From: Psammoneis japonica
Lineage: Eukaryota
DNA: 64,000 bases
Assembly (NCBI GenBank): GCA_008632985.1
Contig: QPGO01000032.1
Coordinates: 245,330-309,329 of the forward strand
Direction of reading: 5' to 3'
Position numbers and translations under genes: made by a program. Below, in pieces: positions 1 through 11,810 of this stretch (position 1 is its first letter; the number at the start of each line of letters is the position of its first letter). Below the pieces are notes generated by a model, which was given only the letters and a program-made list of their open reading frames with translations, did no database searches and was not told the DNA's origin.

Positions 1-201
1 ATTGTGCAAGACAGCCGTGCCCAGATGCAGAGCACAATTGCTGCACTCAAGCTGTTTGGCCAAAATCATCCATTGGAGATGATTTTCACTGACAAGACAG
101 GAGCAGACAAACTCTTCCTGCTGCAAGAGGCTCTGCTGTTGCAGTGGTGCAAAGCCAGGCACAGCCCAGCTGCTTCAGCCCAGCCAAGCAATGATGAACA
201 T

Positions 202-536
202 TGTTGGAGCAAGTTAGATGAGGGTGTCAGAGAACCTGGAAACAGTTGAAGTCTGTGGATGTTTGTCTCCTGATGTGGCTGCCCGTCTGATGACGATGTG
301 TTCTTTGTCATTGCACTGTCGTCCCCAAAATGAAGCATTCTCACTCTTTGTGGTGAATCATCTGGTCTGTCAACTGTTTTCATTGGTGCTGGGAAGCACC
401 TGTTAAAACCAAATCCTTTTGGTGTGTGAAGTTACGTTGAATGATCTTCCAGGCAAAGAACCACAGCCGCACAAGCAGTGTGTGTGTCAAGAGTGGAGGA
501 AGCTTTGTTTGCCACCATTGACATGTTGGTTCAACA
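202..536 (+). repeat. 5' LTR of copia element 1
   Basis: Starts TGTTGGAGCAAGTTAG, ends TTGGTTCAACA; direct repeat of 6588-6933. Confidence 0.92.
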
Positions 537-1532
537 TTTGCTCCAAAGAGTTGTGAGCGTGTAAGAGACAGCTCACCATACGAAGTCTACATTCTCTCAA
601 AGAAATGAGCAGCCTGCACGATGAGTGGCAGAGGAGCAAGCAATCCGCGCAAGAAAGGCCAAGACCAAAAGTGTGGCCAAGGCAGTGGAAACAAGAACCA
701 CAAGTCTTCTGGATCAAAGCAGAAGACACACAGCAACAGGAGCTTTAACCCTGAAATAAATTCCATCCATCAATGATGAACAGCAACTCTTGCAACCCAA
801 CGTTTGAAGATGTGAACAAGACGAAGATTGTGCATTGCATCCAGAAAGAGCACACACAAAAAGAAAGTGCTTGGCACTGTCACTTGAAGACATGAAGTGT
901 CAAGACTTCTTGGGTGAAGAACCAACCTTGAAGGTGTCCAACGAAGCAAAGGGCTCACCAGAAGCAGAGCAAGAGAACAGACAGTTCGAATGTGAGCACA
1001 AGGCTGAACTTGGAGATCGCCAATGCAAGACAAAACAGCTCAAGGAGAACAAGAACAAGGCACTTGCAATGATTCTCAATGACTGCTGCACGAAATTAAT
1101 GAGGCAGAGAGTGCAAGCAGATCCAACCTGCAAGGCAATCAGGGACAATCCTGTTGAGCTGCAGCGTTCAAGGCCAGCAACATGGGGCCACACATGCTCA
1201 AACTGAGCAAGGAGTTCTTCGAGAACGTCCAATGGCTGCAAGAAGAAGAGTGACACACAAGTCTGAATGTGACAAAGATGAGGAAGTCAAGGCAGAAGAT
1301 GCCAAAACCCAGCAGTGAGTCAGGGGCCGTGATTCCATCTGCCAAAGAAAGCGCCAAGAAGGGCTGCACAAAACAGGAGATGTTGCAAGCAAAAGAGGCA
1401 CCGAGATTCTGTTGTGAAGCCAGCATCCCAAGCATGTGGGATTGCAAACATTTCTTGTGTTCTAATCAGGTGAAGAACTTGACCATTGCACCAGATGATG
1501 CTGATTGAATGGCGGCCATTTGGGGTCCACCA

Positions 1533-1935
1533 GACGTGTTCCAGCTCTAGGTGGGACCTCGTACCACTGAACTGTGACATAATTATTTTTTATCATCCGT
1601 CGCATGTTTCGCACGTACATTTCTACGTGTTCTCTATTATAAAAAATTGTTCCACACTGCCTGTTTTGCGAAGCCAAAGGCTTTCTGTTACTGCATCTGC
1701 ACTTATGTCAATAAAAATGCGCTGGGTATATTCTTTAATGTCTAAAGAATATACCCGGGCATGCTGTAAAGAATGTACTTCAAGTGTGGAGGAGGAGATG
1801 CGTTCGCAAAATTGCCTCTTTTTCTGTTGGCGATCATTCATATATTCATTGCTTAATAATTTTACTACGGAGCTCGCACGTAGAATTCTACGGGCCCAAT
1901 GTCACAAAAAGTCCCACCTAGGACTGGAACCCGTC
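1533..1935. mobile_element. Non-autonomous TIR element (MITE) nested in the copia pol region
   Basis: TIRs GACGTGTTCCAGCTCTAGGTGGGAC / GTCCCACCTAGGACTGGAACCCGTC. 4-bp TSD ACCA (1529-1532, 1936-1939). Removing it restores the in-frame copia peptide IWGPPEDVIKGKT. Interior is AT-rich with normal TpA/CpG. Confidence 0.9.
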
Positions 1936-4900
1936 ACCAGAGGATGTGATTAAAGGAAAGACCAAGGGTGCTCACCATTCCCACGGGTGGAACGATGTTG
2001 TTGCTTTGCCATCTGAACTTTGCAAAAGGCAGAGCAATGGAATGACTCTGGGCATCAACATCATGGAGGTTTGTGGAGTCAAGCTCCTGCACTCCAGCAA
2101 CAAGACTGCCAAGCGCCAAGCAAGTGTGAAGCTGAAGTCCAAGAAGCACATCGATGTCAACGACACACTGGACATGACACTGTGACAACACAACAAGGCA
2201 CTCTTCAAGATGGATTTCATCAAGTGCAATTCCAAGTTCAAGGAAATGTCATCTGAGGTTGCAGATGGCATGAGCATTGAACTCATTGCTGTCAACACAC
2301 AAGACCATGTTCCTGAGGTGGAGCGCAGCATCCAAACCATCAAGGAACAAACTCATGCCATGGTGCACCATGCACCGCACAAGGCAATGCCCAAGCTCAT
2401 GTGAGAGCATGTGGCAATCAAGAGTGCCATGACGTTGAACATGTGCCCTCAAAAGAGGACACTCAGCTCATGTGCAAGCATTTGGCAATCAAGAGTGCCA
2501 TGATGTCAAACATGTGCCCACAAAAGGAGGGCATTTCAGATGTCTGCAGTCCACACACCATTGTGCAACAACAAAATCTCGACTGCACTGAACATTTTGA
2601 ATTTTGCATTTGGAGAGTTTGCACTCTCACATGTTGAGAATCATCCCACCAATGCCATGGAGATGCGCGGGGTTGACAGCATCTGCCTGCACCCACAGTT
2701 TGATGCCGCTGACAAAGGGGGTCACTGCACCACAAATTTGCACATGGGCAAGCTTTTGAATCCCCGTGAGTGCGCTGCAGTTCCACTGACCAACACCCAC
2801 ATTCGGGCAGTCAAAAAGATAGCCTCTCATCAAGGCATCAAAGAATTCAAGTGCACTGGTTGACATGGCGACAATCTTTGTGACATCGATTGGACTGCAG
2901 GAGTGGAAGGCAGCAACAGCAACAACAACAGTGACAGTGAAGATGACTCTGATGACAAACAAAAGAACAAGCTGACAAAATTTTAGCAGGAAATGAGCAC
3001 AGTTGCACTCAACATCAAGAAGATGAAGATGAGGAGAAAGAAGAATCCAATGAAATGGGACATGAAGAACAATCAGAACCTGCTGAGATCAGAGGTTGAA
3101 TGACCAGATCGGGACGAAGCTGCTGCAACACTGTGCCAAAGGACACACAAGAAGAAAATTCTCTTTGCAGGAGTGGCAGCCACAGAACAAGAGGAGCGCA
3201 AGCAAAGGAAACTCAAACACTGCCATCACCCAAGAACAAATGTCAATCCCAATCTAGAGGATGACATGGAATGCAACTGCAAGGTTGGACTCATCACAGC
3301 ATTCTTCATGTGCAAGTGCAATGACAGAGCAAGAGCAGGACAAGAGATCTCACTCGGACAACAGCACCTGCTGCACAAAGGCCCAAAGTTGTTTGGCCAG
3401 AGGGGACATGATGCCTCAGAAAAGAAAACAAAACAACTGCATGATCAAGAGTGTGTTTCCAACCAGTGTCAGTGAAAGACATGACTCCGCAAGAGAGAGC
3501 CAAGGCAATGGTGGCCCAGATGTTCCTGATGGAGAAGCACGATGGATGCACAAAAGGGCAAATGGTGCACAACGGGAAACCATCACAAGAGTGGCTGGAC
3601 AAGGATGAGTCAGCCAGCCCAACAGCATCACTGGAAGGAATCATGATGACTGCAGTGATGGACACGAATGAAGGATGCAACATTGTGAGCACAGATGTTC
3701 CAAATGCATTTGTGCAGACAGAAGTTCCGGAGCCAGAGAAAGGCAAAGACCAGATTGTGATGAAGATTGCAGGTTTGTTGGTGGACATGTTGGCAAACAT
3801 TGATCCCAACCTGCATGAACCGCACGTGGTCCTAGAGAGAGGAAAGAGAGTCCTCTGTGCACAAGTGGCAAGAGCCATCTGCGGCATGTTGGTCGCGGCT
3901 CTGCTGTGACACAAGAAGTTCCGAAAGGACTTGGAGAGGGTCAGGTTTGAGCTCAACCCATGTGACTCTGCTGTGGTGCAAGAAGCTCCAAAAGGACTCA
4001 GAGAGGGCCAGGTTTGAGCTCAACACATGTGACCCATGCGTTGCCAACTGCATTGTCAATGGAAAGCAGCGTGCAGTGTGATTCCATGTGGATGACCTGT
4101 TGTCGAGTCACATGAATCCCAAAGCAAATGACAAGTTTCTCAAGTGGTCAAACAGAGAGTGCGGGAGCCATGGTGAGGTTGTGGCAACAAGAGGAAAGAA
4201 ACATGACTGCCTTGGCATGATCCTGGATTTCACCGACAAAGGAAAGCCAAGGGTGGACATGAGAAAGTGCACAGGATCAACGATTGATGATTTCCTGGAA
4301 AAGATCAAGAGCACAGATTTTGCAATGATGCCTGCAGGGGAGAACCCATTTGAGATGGGCGGCACAAGACCGTCCGTAGAGAAAGCACAAATGTTCCACA
4401 TGTGGGTGGCCAAAGGATTGTTTGCATCCAAGAGAGGCCGGATGGACATGCACCCTGCAACATCAGCGCCATGTGCGCAAATGAGGGAACCCACAGACAA
4501 AGACTGGACAAAGTCAGTCCAAAGTCTCAAGCATTTGAATCGAACAAGGAATGAAGTGTCGACACCAAGCGCCAAGAATCTCCGAGTGATAAAGTGGTGC
4601 TTGGACACATCATTTGCAGTGCATCCAGATTTCAAGAGCCACACCAGAGCAGCAACGACAATGGGCGATGGAGCAATGCAAGCCATGTTGAGAAGACAGA
4701 AGCTCAAAACACAAAGCAGCACAGAAGCTGAGCTGGTCGGAGTTGACGATGCAATGACTGTGATCCCATGGACAAAGCTGTTTGTGGAACACCAAGGACA
4801 TCCTGTTGACAAGAACACACTGTGCCAGGACAACAAGAGCTTGATCTTGTTGGAGACCAATGGTCGTCAAAGTGCCGGCAAATGGTCAAGGGCACTCAAC

Positions 4901-5114
4901 ACAAGACATTTCTTTGTGTGCGATCAAGTCAAGAAGGGCAATCTGACCATTGAATGCTGCCCTGCAGATGCAATGATTGGGGATTTTATGACCAAGCCAT
5001 TGCAAGGCGAGAAGTTGTGCAAATTTAAATGAGCCGTCATGGGGTGCCAGACCCAACAGCAACAGCAGTGGGCTCCTGTTTTGTGACATCAGACAAGAAC
5101 TCTGACGCACATGG

Positions 5115-6575
5115 GTGAAAGAACCCTGCAACCTGGAGAATGACAAATGTGCAATCTTCTCCCAGAACAACACGGTGCAAGCAACACCAAGCACACAAGC
5201 AACCATGGATGGCAGCGAAGCTGGAGGTTTCAATGGAAATGTGGCAGTGGCCACAGCTCACACATTTGATGAACGCACGTGCTGTGAGCATGTCACCTTC
5301 AACGAGTGCAACAAGGTGCCAGGCAGATGGCCCAAGAATTGTTTGCTCAAGATCGCGAAGATGTTCAAGACACATGTCCGATGCAAGGATTTGTTCATTT
5401 GCAGAGAAAAGTTGGTTGTGGACAGCCAGCCCACAGATTGGTGGAATGGAAACAAGATCTTGGCATTTGAGCGGCATGCTGAGCAAGCGCACAGAAGAGT
5501 GCAAGACCTGCAAGGTTTTTTGCACAGAAGGTTGTGTCCTGCCTTTGACCCAAACAGGAGACAAGAACTTGAAAAAGGAAGACTGCCATTGCTGAACCCT
5601 GTTCTGGCAAGAGACACACTGGATTACACACAGCTTGCAGTGGACCTGGAACACAGGCACAGGCACAACTCTGATGACATGAGAGCGGCATGGCAAGAAA
5701 GATGCTGTGCAAGGCTTGAAGCGATGGTGACTGTGTTCGAAATGTGCCAGACATGGACACCACTGATGCAGGAACATGTGTTCTCTGCAACCCCAATGAT
5801 CTCCATCCATGACAAAATGGAGACCATCACAGACAAGATGAGGTGGCTGAGCGTTGTGGTGCACACCCGTGAGTCCCATTGGAAATTCCTGGTGAAGAGG
5901 CCAGAAACTTGCAACAAGGCAAGGCCGTTGTTTGCTCAGGGGCAACGGAACCCTGCAAAATTGGCCTTTGACAGGTTGGACATTGACCACATGGCAAAGG
6001 TGTCATGGCTGCAAGGTGTGCCAACATGTGGCATGGACCAACTCGGGACATGTGGCGGACTAATGTGTCCAGTTCACAGCCATGCTGCCGAGCATCCAGA
6101 TTGTCATGAGCTTGTCAGAGACAAGAACAGAGCCATGTTTGATGCATTGAAACCACCAATGTTCTTCAGAAGGACAATCAAATTTGTGTCCAATGTGCAA
6201 AAGCATCACTGGGTTGCGCACGCGGTGGACTTTCTCACATTGACTCCAAACACCGCGCACCAGTGGATCCGAGATCGAATCAAACAATTGAACAACCAAA
6301 ACAACATGCTGAGTGACGTGCAGCAAGAGTTGGTTAGACAAGATTTTACAATGATGTTCGTCAACTGTGTGAAAGGCATTGCCAATGCATTTGATGACAT
6401 GCAGCACTGCTCATGCGATGAAGAAGACACGCGGCATTTTGCCGAAGTGGCCAACATTGAGAGAGAACCTCATGATGTTCTCTGTGACGCATGTGCAAGG
6501 TGGAATGATTTCCCTCAAGGAGATGTTCCAACCTGTGTTGTGGCCCAAGAAAAATTGAACAAACAATTGGAGTGA
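5115..6575 (+). pseudogene. Extra ORF between pol and the 3' LTR of the copia element, function unknown
   Basis: 486-codon open frame inside the element, with only one Tyr visible. Related sequence lies at the same position in copia element 2 (~55850-56850). Confidence 0.6.
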
Positions 6576-6587
6576 GCGGCAGGAGTG

Positions 6588-6933
6588 TGTCGGAGCAAGT
6601 TAGACGAGGGTGTTGGAGAACCCGGAAACAGCTGAAGTCTGTGCACATTTGTCTCCTGACATGGCCCATCTGATGACAATGTGTTCTTTGTCATTGCACT
6701 GTCATCCCCAAAATGAAGTGTTCTCACTCTTCAGAGTGAGTCATCTGGTGTGTCAACTGTTGTCATCACTGCTGGGAAGCATCTGTTAAAACCAAATCTC
6801 CCAGTGTGCGAAGTTGTGCTGAACAATCTTCCGGGCAAAACCACAGCCGCACAAGCAGCCAGGATGTGCACATCAAGAGCGGAGGAAGCTTTGTGAGATT
6901 CCCTTTTGCCACCATTGACACGTTGGTTCAACA
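6588..6933 (+). repeat. 3' LTR of copia element 1
   Basis: Starts TGTCGGAGCAAGTTAG after the PPT, ends TTGGTTCAACA, followed by the TSD AACGT. Confidence 0.92.
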
Positions 6934-7987
6934 AACGTCACCAGAGAGTGCCGCCAACTCTCTCTGCACACACCTGTCTTTGAGAGCGGTGCCAAGACAC
7001 AGACGCAGCTGTGCTGGTGCTGTGCACTGCAAGACACTGCAGCACAAAGACCAGAGTGCAGGGAAACAGCTGGGCTGGACTGTGAATGACCAACAGCAAA
7101 AAGCTCATGGGGCTGGCACAACTCAGCTTGTGGGCCTCTCCAAAGGCAAATGGTGCCGCCAAGTGCTCGACAACTGGGCTGTGCAGGGGCAAAAGACAAA
7201 ATCCTGCTGCACCGCCAAGAGCTCTTTGGAACCTCAAAAACTTGTTGAGGAAGTGAGGGCAGCACAAGGCGATGGCTGCTCCAGCAGCTGGCTGCGGAGG
7301 CTGAAATCAAGCTCAAAATGTGCTGCCAAGTCAAGTTTTTCTGCAGCCATGATGTCTGCAGAAGCTGAGAGCTGCCGCCACAACACCTGCGCTGGAGAGT
7401 CTGAGCAGCACTCATGCTGTTGGACTCCAAAGCAGACAGCGAGGTTCCTGGCAAGCTGCTTTTCTTCCCCACACTTTCCTTCAACAAGTCATGAGAGTTG
7501 CGGCTTTTACTTTCAACTGCATCGGACGATGTGTTCGTCGACAATCCTGACTCTGACAGCGGACAGTTGGTTGAGGCAAGTTTGATTTGCTGATTGAATC
7601 TATGAATGACCAATGACCGCCCTAACGTCACCTATTTATAGCACCTTCAGTCAGTGTGTACGAGAAGTTCGCTCTCTAGCAATGCTTGCCTTATTTGTAA
7701 AATAGTCCTGAAGTCCATTTCGTCGATCCCGATTTTTCAATGACCGCTGCTGGGCAATATGGTACGACGTACGCCGATTGAGCTTTTTGCGGCTTCATTC
7801 AGTCACTTCTTACCGATGCCTTCTTCCCATCAGCAAATATAATTTCTACTCTCTACTCTAATGTAGAGAGTAGAGAGGCTCGGAGTCGGAACAAAAATAC
7901 TGGCTCGTAGCCTAGGTGGCGAACCGTCGGCAAACTTTGTATAGGGATGAAAATCTACCGTAGATCCAGCCTTGTTTAAAAAGAACG

Positions 7988-8572
7988 ATGATTACATTCT
8001 CTCCAGACTTTGACAGTAGCGCGTGCCTCCCAGCTCTGTCCACCTTGAGTCGACTCAGTCTTGCCACGCCAACAAAAACAGCAATAAAGACAGGGGCCGC
8101 GCACGTTCACGAGAAGAAGCGCAATCTTCTAAGTTCAAAATCGAGAGACAACGTATTGCAACAACCAAGTCCCTGTCATCACATTCGAGGCTCCGAACAT
8201 GAGCGTCACAAAACGACAAGCACTTCAAGCCTCCCATCTGATCTACCGAAGCCTGTTCGAAAAATGCGCACCAACCACACAATTGCCTGTACCCGTCGCG
8301 TTCGTTTTGCCGAGCCCCTCACAGATACAGTCATCATTTATCCAAGCATTGATGAGAAGCTGCTGACACCAGAAAGGCTGGCACGGAACAAGAAAGGCAA
8401 ATGGCCAGGCTTGGAGAACGAGATTGCAAGAATCCATCGATCGATCGAGCTTGAGAAAATAACAAGGAAGAACACGCATTTACGAGATTTACTCGTGGAT
8501 ATTAGCGTGCCAGAGCTACGAACTACTCTGCATGGCATGCGCAAGAGACTAGAAAGTATCAAGAAGCCGTAG
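7988..8572 (+). CDS. Hypothetical protein, 194 aa
   Basis: ATG-initiated ORF in normal-composition DNA; contains RRVRFAE (RVxF-like) and a helical C-terminus. Confidence 0.6.
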   Translation: MITFSPDFDSSACLPALSTLSRLSLATPTKTAIKTGAAHVHEKKRNLLSSKSRDNVLQQPSPCHHIRGSEHERHKTTSTSSLPSDLPKPVRKMRTNHTIACTRRVRFAEPLTDTVIIYPSIDEKLLTPERLARNKKGKWPGLENEIARIHRSIELEKITRKNTHLRDLLVDISVPELRTTLHGMRKRLESIKKP

Positions 8573-9116
8573 TCCAGACTCCCTTACTTCTCCTCTCGAA
8601 CTGCCATGATTGAACAAGTCTTCCCACTCCTTCGAGCAAGCACCATGTGGTAGCAAAGTCATGCAAAGGCATGCGTAGTCCACAAACAAAAGTATATAAT
8701 ATAAGAGTTTTAGCTCCTGTCCTGTGCAAAAGTGTGAAAATGTGGAATGATCAAGATGCTCAACGAATTGGAATATGATAGATCGAGATTGAGAAAATAA
8801 CTAGGAAGAACACGCATTTACGAGATTTACTCGTGGATTTTTAGCGTGCCAGAGCTACGAACTACAGTGCATGGCAGGCGCAAGAGACTAGAAAGTATCA
8901 AGAATCCGTAGCCCAGACTCCATTACTTCTCCTCTCGAACTGCCATGATTGAACAAGTCTTCCCACTCCTTCGAGTTAGCACCATGTGGTAGCAAAGTCA
9001 TGCAAAGGCATGCGTAGTCCACAAAAACAAAGTACATATAAGAGTTTTAGCTCCTGACCTGTGCAAAAGTGTGAAAATGTGGAATGATTAAGATGCTCCA
9101 CGAATTGGAATATGAT
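8443..9116 (+). repeat. Tandem duplication of ~337 bp (3' end of CDS plus 3' flank)
   Basis: 8443-8779 is repeated at 8780-9116 with high identity. Confidence 0.92.
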
Positions 9117-9566
9117 GTAATGTGCAATTAATCTGAGACATCGAACTGCGAGCAGAGTCTCTTCCTTGAGTAAGATACTCTTTCAGCTAACAAACACTTT
9201 CAGCCAGTACGCACGGTTCGCAATGGACAGCAGTCGAGTGAGTACGGTAGCTAGCCCCACCCATCATCGACCCTCCATAACCCTCTTGCCTCTTGCTCCA
9301 AACACTTTGGCACCGCCGCGAGCGACTCTGATTCAATGTTCGCATCTTTTGTGTTTTGTTGCTGCCGACGTCAGTCGTGGAAGCAGATTGGGTCGTATTC
9401 ACGGTTCATGGTCGCGCTTCTCTCGTAGGACACATTCGTGCATTCGTAGAGCCAGCCAACACTTTGTGGCACTCGTGATTCAAGGTTCTGATGCACAAAC
9501 TCATGCTTTTCACTGTTTCAACCGATATTGCCACATCCACTGTAAACCAAACAAACCTCCTTTCTC

Positions 9567-10368
9567 ATGACCTTTTCGAAGAAGAATGAGCAGGACAGCA
9601 TCCCAAGTTACCTTTGCTGTCCGCTAACTCTTGACGTAATGATTGATCCAGTGCTTGATCGAGAAGGAAATTCGTTTGAAAGAAGCGCGATTGTGGCGTG
9701 GTTGCAACATGAAAGGATCTCCCCAATCTCTAGACAGCCTCTCAATGAAGCATCCCTTATCCCAAACATTGCCCTGCGACAAACCATTCAACAATACATG
9801 GGTAAGACCCCCCCGGTGCTACTGTCTATCTTTTACTTCTAAAACGACTTAAAGTTTCTCTTTTCCCACGAAAGGCACCTCATGGTCAGACAAACAAAAA
9901 GAAATAGGCAGACATCGATGGAGGTTTCCGGATGAAAATAGTCAGGAGCTCGTTCATACTTCCAGCAAGCTACGAAGAATCGATGGATTTTTGCAAGACA
10001 TTGGGCGCGCCGTCTCAAAGGATCTCCGTCTGAATAAATCGGGTCTCTGTGCATTTAGATATCAAGATTTTACAGTTGTGGTGGAAGTTCCAGAATTGAC
10101 CGATTCATTCTACATATATACTACCGAGACACAGCCTTCTGCTACGCTCGAACTAAAGGACAAACTGTTGGAAATGAATCATTTGCAGCTCAAAACGCGC
10201 GGAGGCTGTCTCTCCATCACAAAGACGAAGGACAACAAGTCGGACTTAACCTTCTCCTTCTCTGATCGAGCCTTTGAAATCAGTTCAACCGACTTCCGAA
10301 ACATTCTCGAGAATTTTATTGATGCGGCTGTTGCAATTAGAGCTTCTATCTTTAGTCAGTTTGTCTAA
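9567..10368 (+). CDS. U-box E3 ligase-like protein fused to a CesT/Tir-chaperone-like domain (2 exons, intron 9802-9874)
   Basis: U-box motif IPSYLCCPLTLDVMIDPV...SFERSAI...SPISRQPL...LIPNIALR. The GT-AG intron joins in frame to FLQDIG...LNKSGLCAF...LLEMNHLQ...GGCLSI...FRNILENFID. Confidence 0.85.
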
Positions 10369-11119
10369 GCGGAAATAATAACATCGAGCCTATTAACAAG
10401 TCCCATCTGAAAGGCTTTCCCTCTTTTGTCCAATAGTCAAGAAAGAAACAGTACATATAGTGCACCGAGGCTTCGGGGAAGTCAACAATTATGTACGGTA
10501 GTTGGTATTGTAACCGACGTACACAAGGAATGCAAAGTACGGTGCGTGCTGCTTTGTCACTTTCTCGCGTCACATTCCGATTTGAAGCACAAACCACGTG
10601 ATTACGGATACTAGATGAGGATCACAGTGAACAAGACCACTTATCGCATGCCGAGAGCCAGAAACTTCCATCAGAGGAAGAAACTTCCATCAGCGGAAAC
10701 AACAATCGAATTAGGACCCAGGACCCAGGTACTGGTAGCATGCATCGCCATAGAGGTATGTCGCCTCATAGAGTCGTTTCCCACTCCTGGAGAAAGAGTA
10801 GGCACTTCTTCGTCTTTAAACGCATTGTCCACTTACGAGCACACAAATGTTTCTTCGTCTATCGACTACCACTCGCACAATAGAGAGACGAAGTGTGACT
10901 GAACAGCCTCACTTCCATTCGCGGCTCCACTTCACGGCTCCATCTTTTGTATCAGTGATAAAGTCAACAATAATGTAGGTTTGTGGCCCACGTTGGCCAT
11001 GACGTAGCTAGACATGTGCTCAACCTACTCAAGCCCGGCACACTCCACTACATTAAAACCATTGCCCACCATTATAGTGCTACCATTTGCATTTCTTTAG
11101 CATATTCAGATCTGGCTAT

Positions 11120-11810
11120 TTATCGAATCGTATTAGCTTGCTCACTCAGCTCTTTCCAGATGTGTCGCAGTTCTTCTTCCCATGCCTTGGCGTCCTGTCG
11201 AAAGTGGGCGGCATCCTCGGTAGTTATTTGGCCAGATTGAATAACGGCCTCAAGAATTTCGTCCTTTCGCGCAAGGATTTTGGTTTCAAATGTAGCTGCA
11301 TCTGCACTGGAAAGAAGCTTCATAGTATCCGTAACTGCGACCGTTAACTCGTCGTCTGCAACCAGGTCTTCCAAAGACCTCTTGATTTCGTTCTCTGACA
11401 TTTTAGCTATTTCTTCTTGAACTTGCTGCATAGCCATTAACGTTTCAGGATCGTCTCCTAACATTCCAGCTAGCTCCTTCATTGTCTCCTCCATTTCTTC
11501 GGGGCTCATGTTTGCGAAAATCTCCATGGCAGCCATCATTTCAGGATCATCCATCATGCCGTTTAGCTCTTCTTTGGAGGTGTCACCATTTTTGTCAACT
11601 ACACCAAACTTTCCATTTACGTTTGGCTTTCATCATGACGAGCGCAATGGTGTACCATGGCAACAAACGGGGATGATAAGAGCGAGAATCATCGGGTAGT
11701 TGGTGAGCGAATTCTGATAGCGGCGAGTAGACAGATCGCGCCGACAAACTCACCATAGACAATGCGATCAAAAACGCGGTTAAAAAAAGAGTGAGTCGAT
11801 GAAACAGCAT
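11120..11810 (-). CDS. Signal-peptide-bearing helical protein with STI1/DP-like Met-rich motifs (intron or frameshift near 11600-11740)
   Basis: N-terminus MLFHRLTLFLTAFLIALSMVSLSA; body MMDDPEMMAAMEIFANMSPEEM...; exon junction not resolved. Confidence 0.6.

Larger units (their letters stand above)
202..6933 (+). mobile_element. Ty1/copia LTR retrotransposon (CoDi-like) with both LTRs, inactivated by hypermutation
   Basis: LTRs at 202-536 and 6588-6933 (TG...CA). 5-bp TSD AACAT (197-201) / AACGT (6934-6938). Purine-rich PPT just before 6588. gag remnant ~770-1260. Integrase remnant (HVPEVERSIQTIKE, ~2310). RT (SPTASLE, DVPNAFVQT, HVDD) ~3300-4550. RNase H (SFAVHPDFKSHT, SSTEAELVGVDD, QDNKS, DFMTKPLQG) to 5032. 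The INT-RT-RH order is diagnostic of copia. Confidence 0.95.
1..7450 (+). mobile_element. Degenerate DNA-transposon-like ORF remnant (1-201 and 6939-~7450), split by the copia insertion; possible DEDDy 3'-5' exonuclease domain
   Basis: Left part reads EMIFTDKTGADKLFL. Right part at ~7070 reads AGLDCE*P, resembling the exonuclease ExoI motif VGLDCEW with TGG->TGA. Both flanks are TpA-depleted and are joined by the copia TSD. Family not firmly identified. Confidence 0.35.

Noticed and set aside
3300..5032. Alternative genetic code or Tyr-free functional pol
   Set aside because: Flanking genes use Tyr and standard stops normally, and the pol frame is broken by TGA stops and frameshifts.
202..6933. 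ADAR-type RNA editing fixed by reverse transcription
   Set aside because: The signature differs between sister LTRs, is on both strands, and affects a DNA transposon and an intron-containing gene copy.
1..7500. Classical fungal RIP as the explanation for TE decay
   Set aside because: RIP raises TpA and lowers CpA/TpG; the opposite is seen here.
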